NCBI GenBank assembly: GCA_010093815.1
Contig: ML996583.1
Reading direction: 5' to 3' (one strand)
Origin: Pseudovirgaria hyperparasitica
Taxonomy: Eukaryota
Length of the DNA stretch: 64,000 bases
Under the pieces are notes generated by a model. That model did no database searches, was not told the DNA's origin, and saw only the letters and a list, made by a program, of their open reading frames with translations. The translations under genes were made by a program, and so were the position numbers. Below, piece by piece: positions 12,057 to 23,027 of the stretch (position 1 is its first letter; each line of letters starts with the position of its first letter).

Positions 12057-13484
12057 TTACTCTGACGACTTTTTTAATTGTATCAGCGAATCAGCACTTC
12101 CGTCTGGCTTCACGACTCCAACCATCTCCAGAGACTCGTCTGCCCGTTGGAACAGACCCTCCCAATCCTCCAGGGTTCGCTCTTTGCCGCCGAATTGGAC
12201 CATCATTTGCATATCTAAGGCTCTCATCACTCGTTCCCGCTCTCTGTCAACAGCTCCTGGCATGCTCATGACCTGTTCAGCGACGATGATGCTCGCGCCT
12301 GGTTTCAAGCACTGCGTCAATTGACGTAGAATCGTGATGCAATCTTCGTCAGCCCAATCGTGAAGGATATGTCGAAGCAAGAAGATGTCAGCGCCTCGGC
12401 TAGTCGATTTTTGAGGTTCAAAGAACGAATGCGGTGTGAACGTTACGCGTCCTTTGAGATGCGCTGGGATTGTTGCATCAGCTACCTCTTGAAGATTGGT
12501 GCTATCCTGAATCATCAAGGTAAGGCTTGGAAATGCGTCAGCAAGCATCACGCTCACGAAACCATTCGCTCCTCCGATCTATCAAACCGGCATCAGCGAG
12601 TCCAACGTCGACCAACGAGCCACGAACTTACGTCAACGACAAGAGCCTCACCTAGCGACTCCCACGCAAATCCTCTTACGACATGGCTTACGTCGTGTGG
12701 ACCACCGTTCGTGATCAATTCCATGTACCGTCCATAGCCTTGAATAAGGCTCGGCCGCTTTCCAGCATACTCCCACCATGAATCTTCCGTGTGGTGCGCA
12801 ACCTGAAACGGAGATTTTATCGCATCCTCTTGTCCCTGCTTGAGCCATCTGATGAGACCTAGTGAAGATGGCAAGCAAACTTCCAGCTGGTATGTAAGTA
12901 GGGGCTCCAACCTCGGTATCTCCATGGAAGTCACTGTGTGTGAAATGTATCCATTGCGGGGCTCTCGGAAGACCTGATATGTCATTGCTTGTCGCAGGAT
13001 CCGAGCGAGTGTATCGGCTGGCAGTTTGACTTTGTCTGCCAAGGCTTCGATACTGATGTCACCATTTGCTGGAACTAATTCGGCGATTCGATAATGGTTG
13101 ATCGTCTGTAAGGATACCAGACTATGCTTGTCCTGCGTTTTGTTAGATGCTTTAATCGCAGGCTTTGATGCAGCTTACTACGAGCGCCATATTTTTCGAA
13201 GTCTCAGTAGGTCCCTCCAGCGCATTGATCAAAAGCCGACATGCCTGCACTAATCTTGTACGGGCGTTCAGGCTTTCTCTAAAGCCATTCTCCGTCTTGC
13301 TGGGTCCCTTGGACTCATTGACTGCCTTCTGTTGCTCATTCTGGAGACTAGCATCATGTCGTAGGAAGTAGAAGCAGCTTTTGATCGTGTCAACCAAGGT
13401 ATCTATGGTATCGACCTGTCGCGGCGGTGTAGTAGCTGGCGAAACAAGTCCAGTGCCAAGCGAGCCCATAATTTCTCTGTTCAT
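12057..13484 (-). CDS. SAM-dependent O-methyltransferase (class II, OmtA/COMT-like)
   Basis: Two introns (about 13133-13178 and 12579-12631) splice in frame; VVD|IGGANG SAM motif, LRHILHDWADEDC, DMQMMVQFGGKERT. Confidence 0.9.
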
Positions 13485-14099
13485 GTGTCTGTTTAGGATG
13501 TGTGCAATGTGAATGTGGCAGTGTCAATGGTTCAAGCAAGCCTGGTGTCTTTAGTCGATGTGGTTAATGGCAATTCCGTCTTCTGCCTAGACGAGGTATC
13601 TAATGCCAACGGACCGTTGTGCCATACACGTAACGTGCAAGCTGTGCACAATCCTCATACCGCCTTCAGCGTTACGCCAGTCCATAGCCCGGTCGCTCCT
13701 AGGAGCAATGTGCATTGGCTACCCTAATGGCTACCTCCGAAACATGAAGGTAACGAGCGCAGGGGGGCAGATCTCCTGTTACAGATTTAAGCACTACTAC
13801 GAGTAGTATAAGTCTGGTGAGATATCTTCCATTTGGGGTTAGATTCATTTCTGGAGAGGGCCGGAGCCCAGTCTAACCAAAAATAGAAGCTTCATGGACG
13901 TCCTCCATTCGTCTTCATTTGGCGTACGAGGTTGGTACACGCAGTACGACGCCATTCCACCTCGATGATATCTTGCTCACATCTTGACCGCGACTGACGA
14001 CATGAGCAGCGTCTCTTTGACTATCCCTTCACTGCCAACGCTTCAAGTCGCAATACCATTCCCATACCCGTTCCCGGTCCCTCCATCCCATCCGCCAGG

Positions 14100-15212
14100 A
14101 TGTCTTCGACCAAGACTCTCCAACAGCGGAAAATCTCGAAAGCCACCACAGCTGCCACTTCCCCAGGCTCCGAAACAGAAACTAAACACGCTGGGAATTA
14201 TGGTGGCAACAGCGTCAAAGGCTGGGTAGGGTATCTCCCCCAATCATGGGTCCCATATATTCAGCTTGCCCGCCTCAGTCCCCCCGCTGGCCTCTTCCTG
14301 ATCTACTTCCCCCATGCTTTCGGCCTCCTTTTGGCCGCGATCAAGCAGCGTTCCGACCCATCCGACGTCCTTTTCGCAGCGGGCAAATTACTCGCCGGTT
14401 CCTTCTTCGTCTCAAACGCAATTCACATCTGGAATGACCTGATCGACGCACCGCTCGACGCCAAAGTCGAGCGGACACGCCATCGTCCAATTCCACGTGG
14501 CGCCGTCTCCCCCTCCGCCGCGCTCGTCTTCACGGCAACGCAGGCTGCCGGCGCTGCTTATTTCCTGCCCACCATGGAAGGTGATACATGGCAGAACTTT
14601 CTGTACTCGGTGCCTGGGATATTGGGCTGGACTTACTACCCCTATGCGAAGCGCCAGGTGCCCGCTCCTCAAGCCGTGCTCGGATTCTGCCTCGCATGGG
14701 GCAACGTTATGGGTGAGAAGACGATGGGCGTCGAAGCCTTCACGACTGGACTTCTAGGCTCGAATTCCGTGCCCGCGGTTCAGTATGGGTCCGCGGCGCT
14801 GTTTGCGGCAGTACTGCTCTGGAGCATGATCTACGACACCGTGTACGCACACCAGGATCTCGAGGACGATCTCAAGAACGGCATCTTCAGTCTGGCGGTA
14901 TTGTGCCGGGGAAAGACGAAAGTGCTGCTGTGGCTGCTGCTTGCGCTCATGGTTGGGTCGCTTGTTGGGACCGGGATATGGGAAGGACTGGGAGCGGTGT
15001 ATTATCTTGGAGCGGTAGGTGGTGCGGCGGCGAGCTTGGGAAGCATGATTATCTTTGTAGATCTAAAAGATAGTGAGAGCTGTTGGTGGTGGTTCGGGAA
15101 TGGGTTTTGGTATGCCGGAGGTGCAATTGCCACGGGATTGGCGGGTGAGTATGCGATGAAGGCAGGGCTATTGGATCTTGTCCTCGAAGGCCTACGAATG
15201 GAAGGGATCTAA
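14100..15212 (+). CDS. UbiA/COQ2-family aromatic prenyltransferase
   Basis: Asp-rich motifs WNDLIDAPLD…VERTRHRPIPRG and YDTVYAHQDLEDD, YPYAKR, multiple transmembrane segments; intronless; divergent from the O-methyltransferase. Confidence 0.93.
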   Translation: MSSTKTLQQRKISKATTAATSPGSETETKHAGNYGGNSVKGWVGYLPQSWVPYIQLARLSPPAGLFLIYFPHAFGLLLAAIKQRSDPSDVLFAAGKLLAGSFFVSNAIHIWNDLIDAPLDAKVERTRHRPIPRGAVSPSAALVFTATQAAGAAYFLPTMEGDTWQNFLYSVPGILGWTYYPYAKRQVPAPQAVLGFCLAWGNVMGEKTMGVEAFTTGLLGSNSVPAVQYGSAALFAAVLLWSMIYDTVYAHQDLEDDLKNGIFSLAVLCRGKTKVLLWLLLALMVGSLVGTGIWEGLGAVYYLGAVGGAAASLGSMIIFVDLKDSESCWWWFGNGFWYAGGAIATGLAGEYAMKAGLLDLVLEGLRMEGI

Positions 15213-16005
15213 CGACGCGAAGTGATGCGATATCGGACGTGGGTATTCTCGAGGAGAGAACGGGATCTTGGTGGGTCGTCGACAACTTACAAGGCCTGAT
15301 ATACCGAGAATGTAAGCAGGAACAACGTCCAATTGGAGTGAGTAGATGTACAGCATGTTTTGCGGACCCATACAATGGCATTTCACTATGTAGGACTCAG
15401 AAGGAGATTGTATGAGATGCTACAGGGCCGGAAAGGCAACAGAGGTCATTGGAGTGAGGGCGGGAGTGCGAAGTAGCTTCTTAGAACCTTGTATTGGATG
15501 GACAGTCTTGAATTTTGGGTAAAAATTCGACTTGACTCCATGTAGAAGATCCAAAGTAAATGGATAGCTGTGTTGTTCAGGCTGTCGATTTACATTCGAT
15601 CTTATGTCGACGCCGCAGGGCCATGTGATATATGACTTCTAGAAGTTCCAGATCTCTTGAGGATACACATAACAGTGCTGTCCGGAGTTGTCGGAATTTC
15701 ACTGCGTGGAAACTGAGATCTGGGGATCCGGGCAATCAACACGGTGATGCTGTGAAGATTTGCGAACGAGACCCTTCGTGGTCCAAGAGAGTCTACAGTA
15801 TTACGCCTTCTGTCCATTGCCCAAGAGGAGCCCACCGGTCGACTCGTACTAAGCATGGGTAGGTAAGTATATGAGCCATGGTTCTATAAAAAGACATAAC
15901 ACTCTGCAATATACGAAGAGCTGCCTGAGCCCTTAGTCACTGCATTTTTTACAGAGCGAGATAGAAACCTAAGAACAACCCGAAAGTACTTAACCTGGCA
16001 TCAAC

Positions 16006-17695
16006 ATGATTTGGACCTCACTGTTTCTGGGCATAATATCTGGTATGGTTCTAGCGGCAGGTTCTATCTCGAAACTATCACCATCCGCAAAATCAGCTTG
16101 TTCAGAGCTCGCACACACGCTTGATGGGGGAGATGGGAGTATCGTAAACACACCTCCACTAAGTACAACATCCGTCGAAATCAACTGGTAAGCAACCGCG
16201 CCCTCGTTGTCTCCATTCGGGCTTGACCAACAGCTCAGGTCCCAATCATGCATCTTCAACTCCAGCTGCATTGTGCGTGCCCACAATGCGGAACACGTCT
16301 CAACTGCCCTGGCGATCATCGTCCAACATGAAGCCAAATTTGCTGTCCGCAGCGGTGGGCATTCGCCGAATCCGGGCTTCGCCGGTATTGCGGATCCGGG
16401 TGTGCTCATTAGCCTTGAGAATTTCCTGCAGGTAACCCTGAATGAGGATAAGAGCGTTGCTAGTATCGGACCAGGCACGCGCTGGGGGCAAGTATATGAT
16501 ACGCTCGATCCGGCTGGTCTCGCTGTCGTAGGGGGTCGCCTCCCTTATGTAGGCACAGCTGGTCTTGTTCTCGGAGGCGGTTTTTCGCATTTCTCTGGAG
16601 AGTTTGGCATGGCGGTTGATAATGTCAGGAATTTTGAGGTGTGTAGCAAGATCAGCTGTCTGCTCGAATTGACTGACCGGCTTCGCTGAAGGTCGTTCTT
16701 GCGAATAGTTCGATTGTAGATGCCAATGCGGATGAGAACGTCGAACTTTTCTGGGCTTTAAAAGGCGGTGGTCCCAACTTCGGCATTGTGACGAGATTCG
16801 ATCTCAACACGATTACAGTAAGAGATATCTGGTACAGCATAAGAGCCTATGCCGTGGAGTCCGCGGATCATGTGTTGGATACCCACGCAGCATGGCAAAT
16901 GGATGGTGGAAGGGATCCCAAGGCAACTGTAGCGCTCGTTATCAGTCTAGATGTCATCACTCTGGTGCTGGTGTACTCGGAGCCAGTTCAGAACCCGCCT
17001 GCATTCGCCGCATGGGACAACCTGAGTACGGCTGCCGTCCCAGTACCACCGACGCTCGGTACTGTCGCTTCTTTGACAAACACTCTCGGCGGCTCCTTCG
17101 AGTTGCTGCCCCAAAGGTAACAGGTGCGAATCATGTCGGAGTTCCTCAGACTAACACAAGCAGACATGATTACCGCGGAGTCAGCTCCAAAGTCGATGCT
17201 CAGCTTTACAAAGACGTCTATGCGCATTGGCTACCGGCCGCGTTAGCTACAAGGGAGAGGACCGGTGCGAATCAGACCTTCTCATTGCAACCTGTTCCCG
17301 CGAACATCGCGGCAGTCGGTGTCACGAATGGAGGGAATGCACTCGGTATTCCAGCCGTTGATCATCAGTGTAAGTGTCGTGAGTAGATCTCAGTTCTGGA
17401 AGCATAGCTCAAATTCCTAGGGTGGACTACATTGATCGACTGGAACAATGCCGTCGATGACGACGATGTTTGCTCAGCATCTTTCTCGACTACCGAGATG
17501 TGGACGAGCTTGAGCAGGGAGCGCGGACTAGATGTGAATTACATCTTCATGAACGACGCCTCTCGAGACCAGAACCCTCTCAGTACACAAGGTGCGGAGA
17601 ATCTTGGCAAGTTAAGGTCTATCGCAGGAGCGTATGATCCTAGTGGTATCTTCCAACGATTGCAGAAGGATGGATTTCTACTTTCGAAGGCTTGA
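16006..17695 (+). CDS. Secreted FAD-linked oxidoreductase (berberine-bridge/VAO-type), copy 2
   Basis: Signal peptide; introns 16188-16238, 16639-16691, 17117-17163, 17370-17420 splice in frame; [52 protein letters not shown]. Confidence 0.9.
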
Positions 17696-17856
17696 TTCTA
17701 TATATACAGTCGGATCTCGATATAACGATACGAAGACGGCCACGTCGATTACATCGGTATAGCGAGATTATCGTATAATTGATTCTTATATAAGCTGACC
17801 TTTAGGCGCTAATTGGCTACCTTCATTTTTAGACGATGTGAGCCCCTATTTCTAAT

Positions 17857-18096
17857 TATCAAGGGTCTCCTCTCAACTCTACTAATACCTATTTTATATC
17901 TATTTATAACTTAACATAACGATAAATATAGGTAAAATAAGACAATTTATGAGATATTAGAATTCACGAAGAAGACACCTGCTATTTTAATAAAGTGGAT
18001 AGAACCTATTATGAGTCCAAGATTAATAAGTAGGTAAGAAGAGAAGTAAATATAGAAGTAGATAAAAATAGATAGATTATCATAAGGTCCTTGATA
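17857..18096. mobile_element. AT-rich relic, possibly a RIP-mutated solo LTR or MITE
   Basis: Abrupt AT-rich island bounded by inverted TATCAAGG…CCTTGATA (would be TGTCAAGG…CCTTGACA before RIP); no TSD visible. Confidence 0.3.
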
Positions 18097-19544
18097 GGCT
18101 GCGCGACCAGAGTGGCATTCCCCTCTAGGAGATGATGTTCATCGAGTACGCGATCTCCCCGGTGACAATGACTATCCTCCTCATCGATTGGGCCTGAAGA
18201 CGGTCAAAGTGAAGGACCCGGATGGCATCCATGCTTGTCTCAGTAAGTAGGCTCAGGTCGAGAAGATGGATGCTTAAATATAGAGACCGAGACGGACGGT
18301 GAGTCTTGGGAATATTTATTGTATTTCCTGTCCCGCATTACGATCTAGTGATCGATGTAGAGCGCCAGCCTGATGTGCAATGGCTCTAAATCTACTGCAA
18401 GGGGTGGTCTTTTTGAGGACCGGCATACAACTGCGTCGGCTACCAACGCACGCGAAGTAATCGAAACTTCATCAGAGCTACCTGGAACCCTTATTAAATC
18501 TGCTTATTTTCGGAATTGAGGTTGTCAACAGATATAAATACGTGTTCCACTAGTGACTACTGTACTTGGTTAGCCACCCCTAGTGAATCGCGTAGCGTCT
18601 TCGTCTCTCTATACTAGTTAGTTTAGTGAATAGTCTCTTGAGACACAGCACGCTTTGTTGAAGTGTGAAGACTGCTCGATGCCTTAGAGAGACTGCGAAG
18701 TTACCAAGAATGCCGCCCTGATGACGTCCCTTCCCGAGGCAAGGGTGTGATGAAGAAGAAGCTTATTCGAGGCCATACGACTTCTATCATACATAGCCGA
18801 CCCTGTGCCTGCGCGGTCATTGTATCGATGGTGTCGTCTCAATCAGTAGCTCGTAGAGATTGCGTATATATCGAAGCTGTCAGCTTTCAAGCGCAAGATG
18901 AAAGAGCAAGGTAGGCTTGGGCAGTGTTGTGGAGGAGAGGAGCGTTAGGTAATTAGGCGTTTCGGCTTATGAATCGATAAGGCAAATCTCGTGATATTTC
19001 TCATCATAACGTAGACATGTAGAATCATCTATACAATCACGCTGCGTACACTAGAGATCCTCGAACACATTCTCGAGATATTTCTGAACAGTCGTACCAA
19101 GCCGCCCAGGTACGGAAGAAGAACATCCGAAAACCGCTGGCAATGCGATTACATCTAGGGATGCATCAGGCATCAATGTCGACACCATAACGCCCGAACA
19201 GCAGTACGACCCTCCACCTGTACCTAGCCTTGATACTTCTTGAAGTAGAAAATCGACCAGAACAACCAGGCCCAAACCCAGACAACTACCCAGACGCTGA
19301 GCGAGCAGACACGGAAATACGCAACAATGATACATCAAGCATCGGATCACGATGAGAATGAGGTTGTTTCAGCTGAGAAATTGATTACCTAATAATCTAT
19401 TTTGTCGTTCTCTACAGCAGTCGATTAGCTGAGCCGTTCTGGCGTGGATGAGGTCCAACACCGAACTATCGCGATGCTAGCCTTTCTCGACATAGTTTGT
19501 GATCTTAGCCCTGCTTACGTAAAAGTATTCTGAAGGCCTACCTT

Positions 19545-19699
19545 CCCTCGATTGGAGCTCAGATTCAATTCAGTTAGATTTGATTCTGCTCTCCCATTTG
19601 GGCGATTCAATTCGATTCGACGATATCTCAAATCGAATAACTTCAGTCTGTTTCGACTCGAGGTCCAGCATCGGATCGAATCGATTGGTGCCAACTCTG
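19545..19699. mobile_element. Relic end of a DNA transposon (hAT-like), related to 2975-3130
   Basis: GATTC/GAATC-rich tract ending GATTGGTGCCAACTCTG (reverse complement begins CAGAGTTGGCA). Confidence 0.4.
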
Positions 19700-20001
19700 T
19701 GTCGGCGAGTGAAGCAACTGTCACTACTCTATCAGTTAGTGGGGGTGAGTGTTTCATTTGCTCTGATTCACATGTCAGGTTACGTACAGCGTAAGCACTA
19801 CGCTGGCATCTGATCGGCGGCCCAGCTTTCTCGGTGGTCTCCTTTAGTCAAGCAGCTCCGAAGCAGGAAAGCCGAAAAAAATGAAATATGCGACCCAAAA
19901 ATCTCTCATAAACTACTGACGTAGGTGTTCCTGTGTCGGATGATGTTGTACCTGTGCTGCGAGTCTTCTGCCGAATTCCAAGATGTTTCTATCAAAGGAA
20001 G

Positions 20002-20787
20002 ATGTCTCGAAATTTCCGAACCCACTATTCGTGGCGTGAGTCTCACGTGGCTCTTTTTGATCCCAGGGTGTGTTTACAACATAATCACAGCTTCGAGGGA
20101 GCAATCATTGTGCGGCTCCTGCCTCATGCCACGAGAGCGTTCGTCTACGATATCACTTTCCATCTCAAACACCCGCGACTTCTGGCACTGAACTCAAAGA
20201 AGCCCCCACTACACTTCCATCCTTATCAGAAGGAGTACATGCAAGTCTTGGAAGGCGAACTCTTTGTGGAAGTCGATGGTGTAGAGATGGCATTGGCTCC
20301 GGAGCACGGTGAGATCACCGTGCGCCCATGGCAACATCATCGCCTTTATCCACATCCAAGCGGCGGTAGGGACACCATGAGATTTCTGCTATCGGCAGAC
20401 GATACTCCGGAATCGTTCAAGATTGACAACGTCTTTTTCCAAAACTGGTACGCGTACCAAGACGAGGTTGTACTACACAAAGGGGGACATTTCGACGTGT
20501 TGCAAGTCATGAATGTAAGTTGATTTTACTTGGTGTTAGTCAACCCAATAGTTATCGGCTGAAAACGAGAGATGTTCGACGCTGGGGGTTCTTATCTCTC
20601 CTTACCGACCTGGATGCCTTTCCGATGTCAAATATCAAGAGCTGCTGGAATATTACTGGGAAGATGGATTGGCGGTCTTGCAGGTTATCAGCCATTTCGC
20701 GAAGAATGGACAACAGAATGGGAGCTTGCATGCAAAAAAATGAGCGAAACATGGACTCTGCGAAGATTCGCCCACGGCATACAATAG
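20002..20787 (+). CDS. Cupin-domain protein (YanE/AtD/PatJ-like candidate quinone epoxidase)
   Basis: PPLHFHPYQKEYMQVLEG and VRPWQHHRLY cupin metal motifs, FFQNWYAYQD; intron 20515-20571 joins QVMN|MFDAGGSYLSLP. Start codon uncertain. Confidence 0.8.
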
Positions 20788-20943
20788 ATGTAATAAACTG
20801 CTGTATCACTTGCATTGTATGCCTGATCAAGCAGTCCGAATAGCTACAAGCTAGATACAGAAATGGGAAGCCGCATGCTCAATCGAAAGTCTCCTCGGCG
20901 GTATAGAAAGCTGATGATGTAACACAGCAAACGTTCAAGATCG

Positions 20944-21933
20944 CTAATTGAGAGGAAGAGCAGACTCCCTGACGCGGCACCATTCCACGGTCTTTTTCCA
21001 TAGATCGTCTTGAACATTCTCTTTCTGGCTGTCCGGCGAGCTTTCATCCTTCTTATACATTGTGAAGAATCCCATTTCCCCTGGAGAAGCCTTGTTGGTG
21101 GCGAACTCGGCGATATCGACCGCGGCTTCCTTGGTAGTCCGCATGGTAGGGTCGAGGAAGCGTAGAAGAGGACGACCGGGCCCAAGGATCCATTTCGACA
21201 TGAATTGAACCATGGCAGGGGTGTTTTTACGGAGTGCGGCGGAATCAGTCATGTTACCGGGATTAACAGCGATGGCAGTAATATTGCTCATGTTATTCCT
21301 CTGCAGGCGACGGTTTAGAGCATGAACCCACATGGTCACAACCAGTTTCGACTGCGCGTACTTGAGGAAGCCTTGCGCCATATTATCATGGGGCTCTTTG
21401 TCTTCAGGGAATACGAGCTCATCAAGGTTCGAAGGGATAAAGACGGGAATTTTTTCAAGTCCGTTTTTACCTGGCCAATGCGCATCGCTTGAGAACAGAA
21501 CAACACGACCTCCCGAACGCTCGAAGCTTCCAAGCAATCTTAAAACCAGAGCTGCGTGACTAAGGTGGTTGATCTGGAAGGTTTGCTCGTAGCCGTCGCT
21601 AGTGGTGATGGTGTCTTTGTTGAGATTCCAGAAATAAGCATTGCCGATGATGCTCGAGAGCGCTGGAAGCTTGCCGGTTTTGATCTCCGCGATTAGCTCA
21701 TTGGCAAGCGTGTTGACAGATGTGAGCTTTGAAAGGTCCAGACCGCGAACCGTAGCCTTCCCCTTAGGAAATCTTGCAATTGTTTGTCGTAACTTTTCGG
21801 TGTTTATGTCGTCGCCACCGGGGTTTCGCACCGTCAAAAGTAGTGTATGTTCCGGGTAGTTCGTGAGTAAAAATTCGACGGTAGGGATAGCAAGCGAACC
21901 ATTGGCGCCGGTGATAAGGATGGTGCCGCTCAT
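20944..21933 (-). CDS. Short-chain dehydrogenase/reductase
   Basis: MSGTILITGANGSLA Rossmann motif, FQINHLSH, catalytic YAQSK, AVNPG; convergent with the cupin gene. Confidence 0.9.
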   Translation of the reverse strand: MSGTILITGANGSLAIPTVEFLLTNYPEHTLLLTVRNPGGDDINTEKLRQTIARFPKGKATVRGLDLSKLTSVNTLANELIAEIKTGKLPALSSIIGNAYFWNLNKDTITTSDGYEQTFQINHLSHAALVLRLLGSFERSGGRVVLFSSDAHWPGKNGLEKIPVFIPSNLDELVFPEDKEPHDNMAQGFLKYAQSKLVVTMWVHALNRRLQRNNMSNITAIAVNPGNMTDSAALRKNTPAMVQFMSKWILGPGRPLLRFLDPTMRTTKEAAVDIAEFATNKASPGEMGFFTMYKKDESSPDSQKENVQDDLWKKTVEWCRVRESALPLN

Positions 21934-23027
21934 TCTGGCGATGTAAAAAGTCACAACGATGGTTTATGATATTGTTACTTTCAAGGAAGAAAGGTGGCCA
22001 AGTAAGAGCTCATGTCCGCAGCAAGCTGGGTGAAGGATTCAACTGAGGTGGGAGTTTGGGTTGCCAAGAGTCTGAGCCACTGACGTTTATGGCAATTCAG
22101 AAATGCGTTCCAGCTTGGCACTGGGTAGAGTTGGGAGGAAGTGGTGAAGCCCACGCCCGTGTGGGAAACCCGGCGACAGAATGTGAGACCAAGTGTTGCG
22201 GCGCGTTGGTGGTCCAGTGTCTGATTTAGGGAATCTCTCGGAAGGGTCCGAATGACCCGAAAGCGGCTAGCGCACGACTTTTGACGCTCGGGCTACCATA
22301 ACAAACCAAAGGCTTTATTGTACATTGGGGGCAGCTGGAGTAGCTTGATAAGCTACAGTCCCAGCCACCAGCGAGGGCCAGTCTGGGATCAATCAATCAG
22401 GCAATCTATCTTCTTCTGGCCATACAGATAGTACATTTCATCAGGTTCTTCGCGGAAGACAAGTCGGTCGGCCTGCAATGTAATTGGTAGTAGTGGATGC
22501 ATTGAGAAGAATCTGCGAAGCGTTCCTTGTTTGGAATGTACGATTATTTGCTGCACTTTTTACCTCATAATATGGTGAGGGTTGTGGTATTTCCCTCCAT
22601 GACACCATTATACGTTCCCTAGGCGAAGGTTCAAACTCTTCTCCAGAATGCCTTGGGAATCGAGGTAGGAACTCGCTACCGAGAATTTTGTTCTTGGAGT
22701 CTGTGTAATTTGATGCGCTTGTAGGGCAATAACGTCGATTATGCCCCTGATAGGACATTCGGCTGCTTTCCGATGAGATGATAAGGCTCCTTCTGCTTAG
22801 CTGACCTGCATAACTCTCGATGTGGATTATAAGCTTAGCTGACTTGCATAGCACGCGATATAGGTCATAATACCAGGGGCCATGGTAAGGTTGCACACCA
22901 GGTACATGGATATGTTGTTCGGTCAGTCCAGCAAAAACCATAAGCAGGTATTTCTTCTGAAATCCTCCGGATTCATATGCATATACTGTCTGTGCCGGCA
23001 TCTAGCTGCTCGATAATTGGAGTAACT

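Noticed and set aside
22238..22773. TCGG-N6-CCGA (22238) and TCGG-N7-CCGA (22759) as Zn2Cys6 sites in the SDR/P450 divergent promoter
   Set aside because: Spacing differs and I could not find the motif consistently in the other cluster promoters.
22441..23001. 186-aa minus-strand ORF overlapping the P450 promoter
   Set aside because: No motifs; lies in a divergent promoter region, likely spurious.
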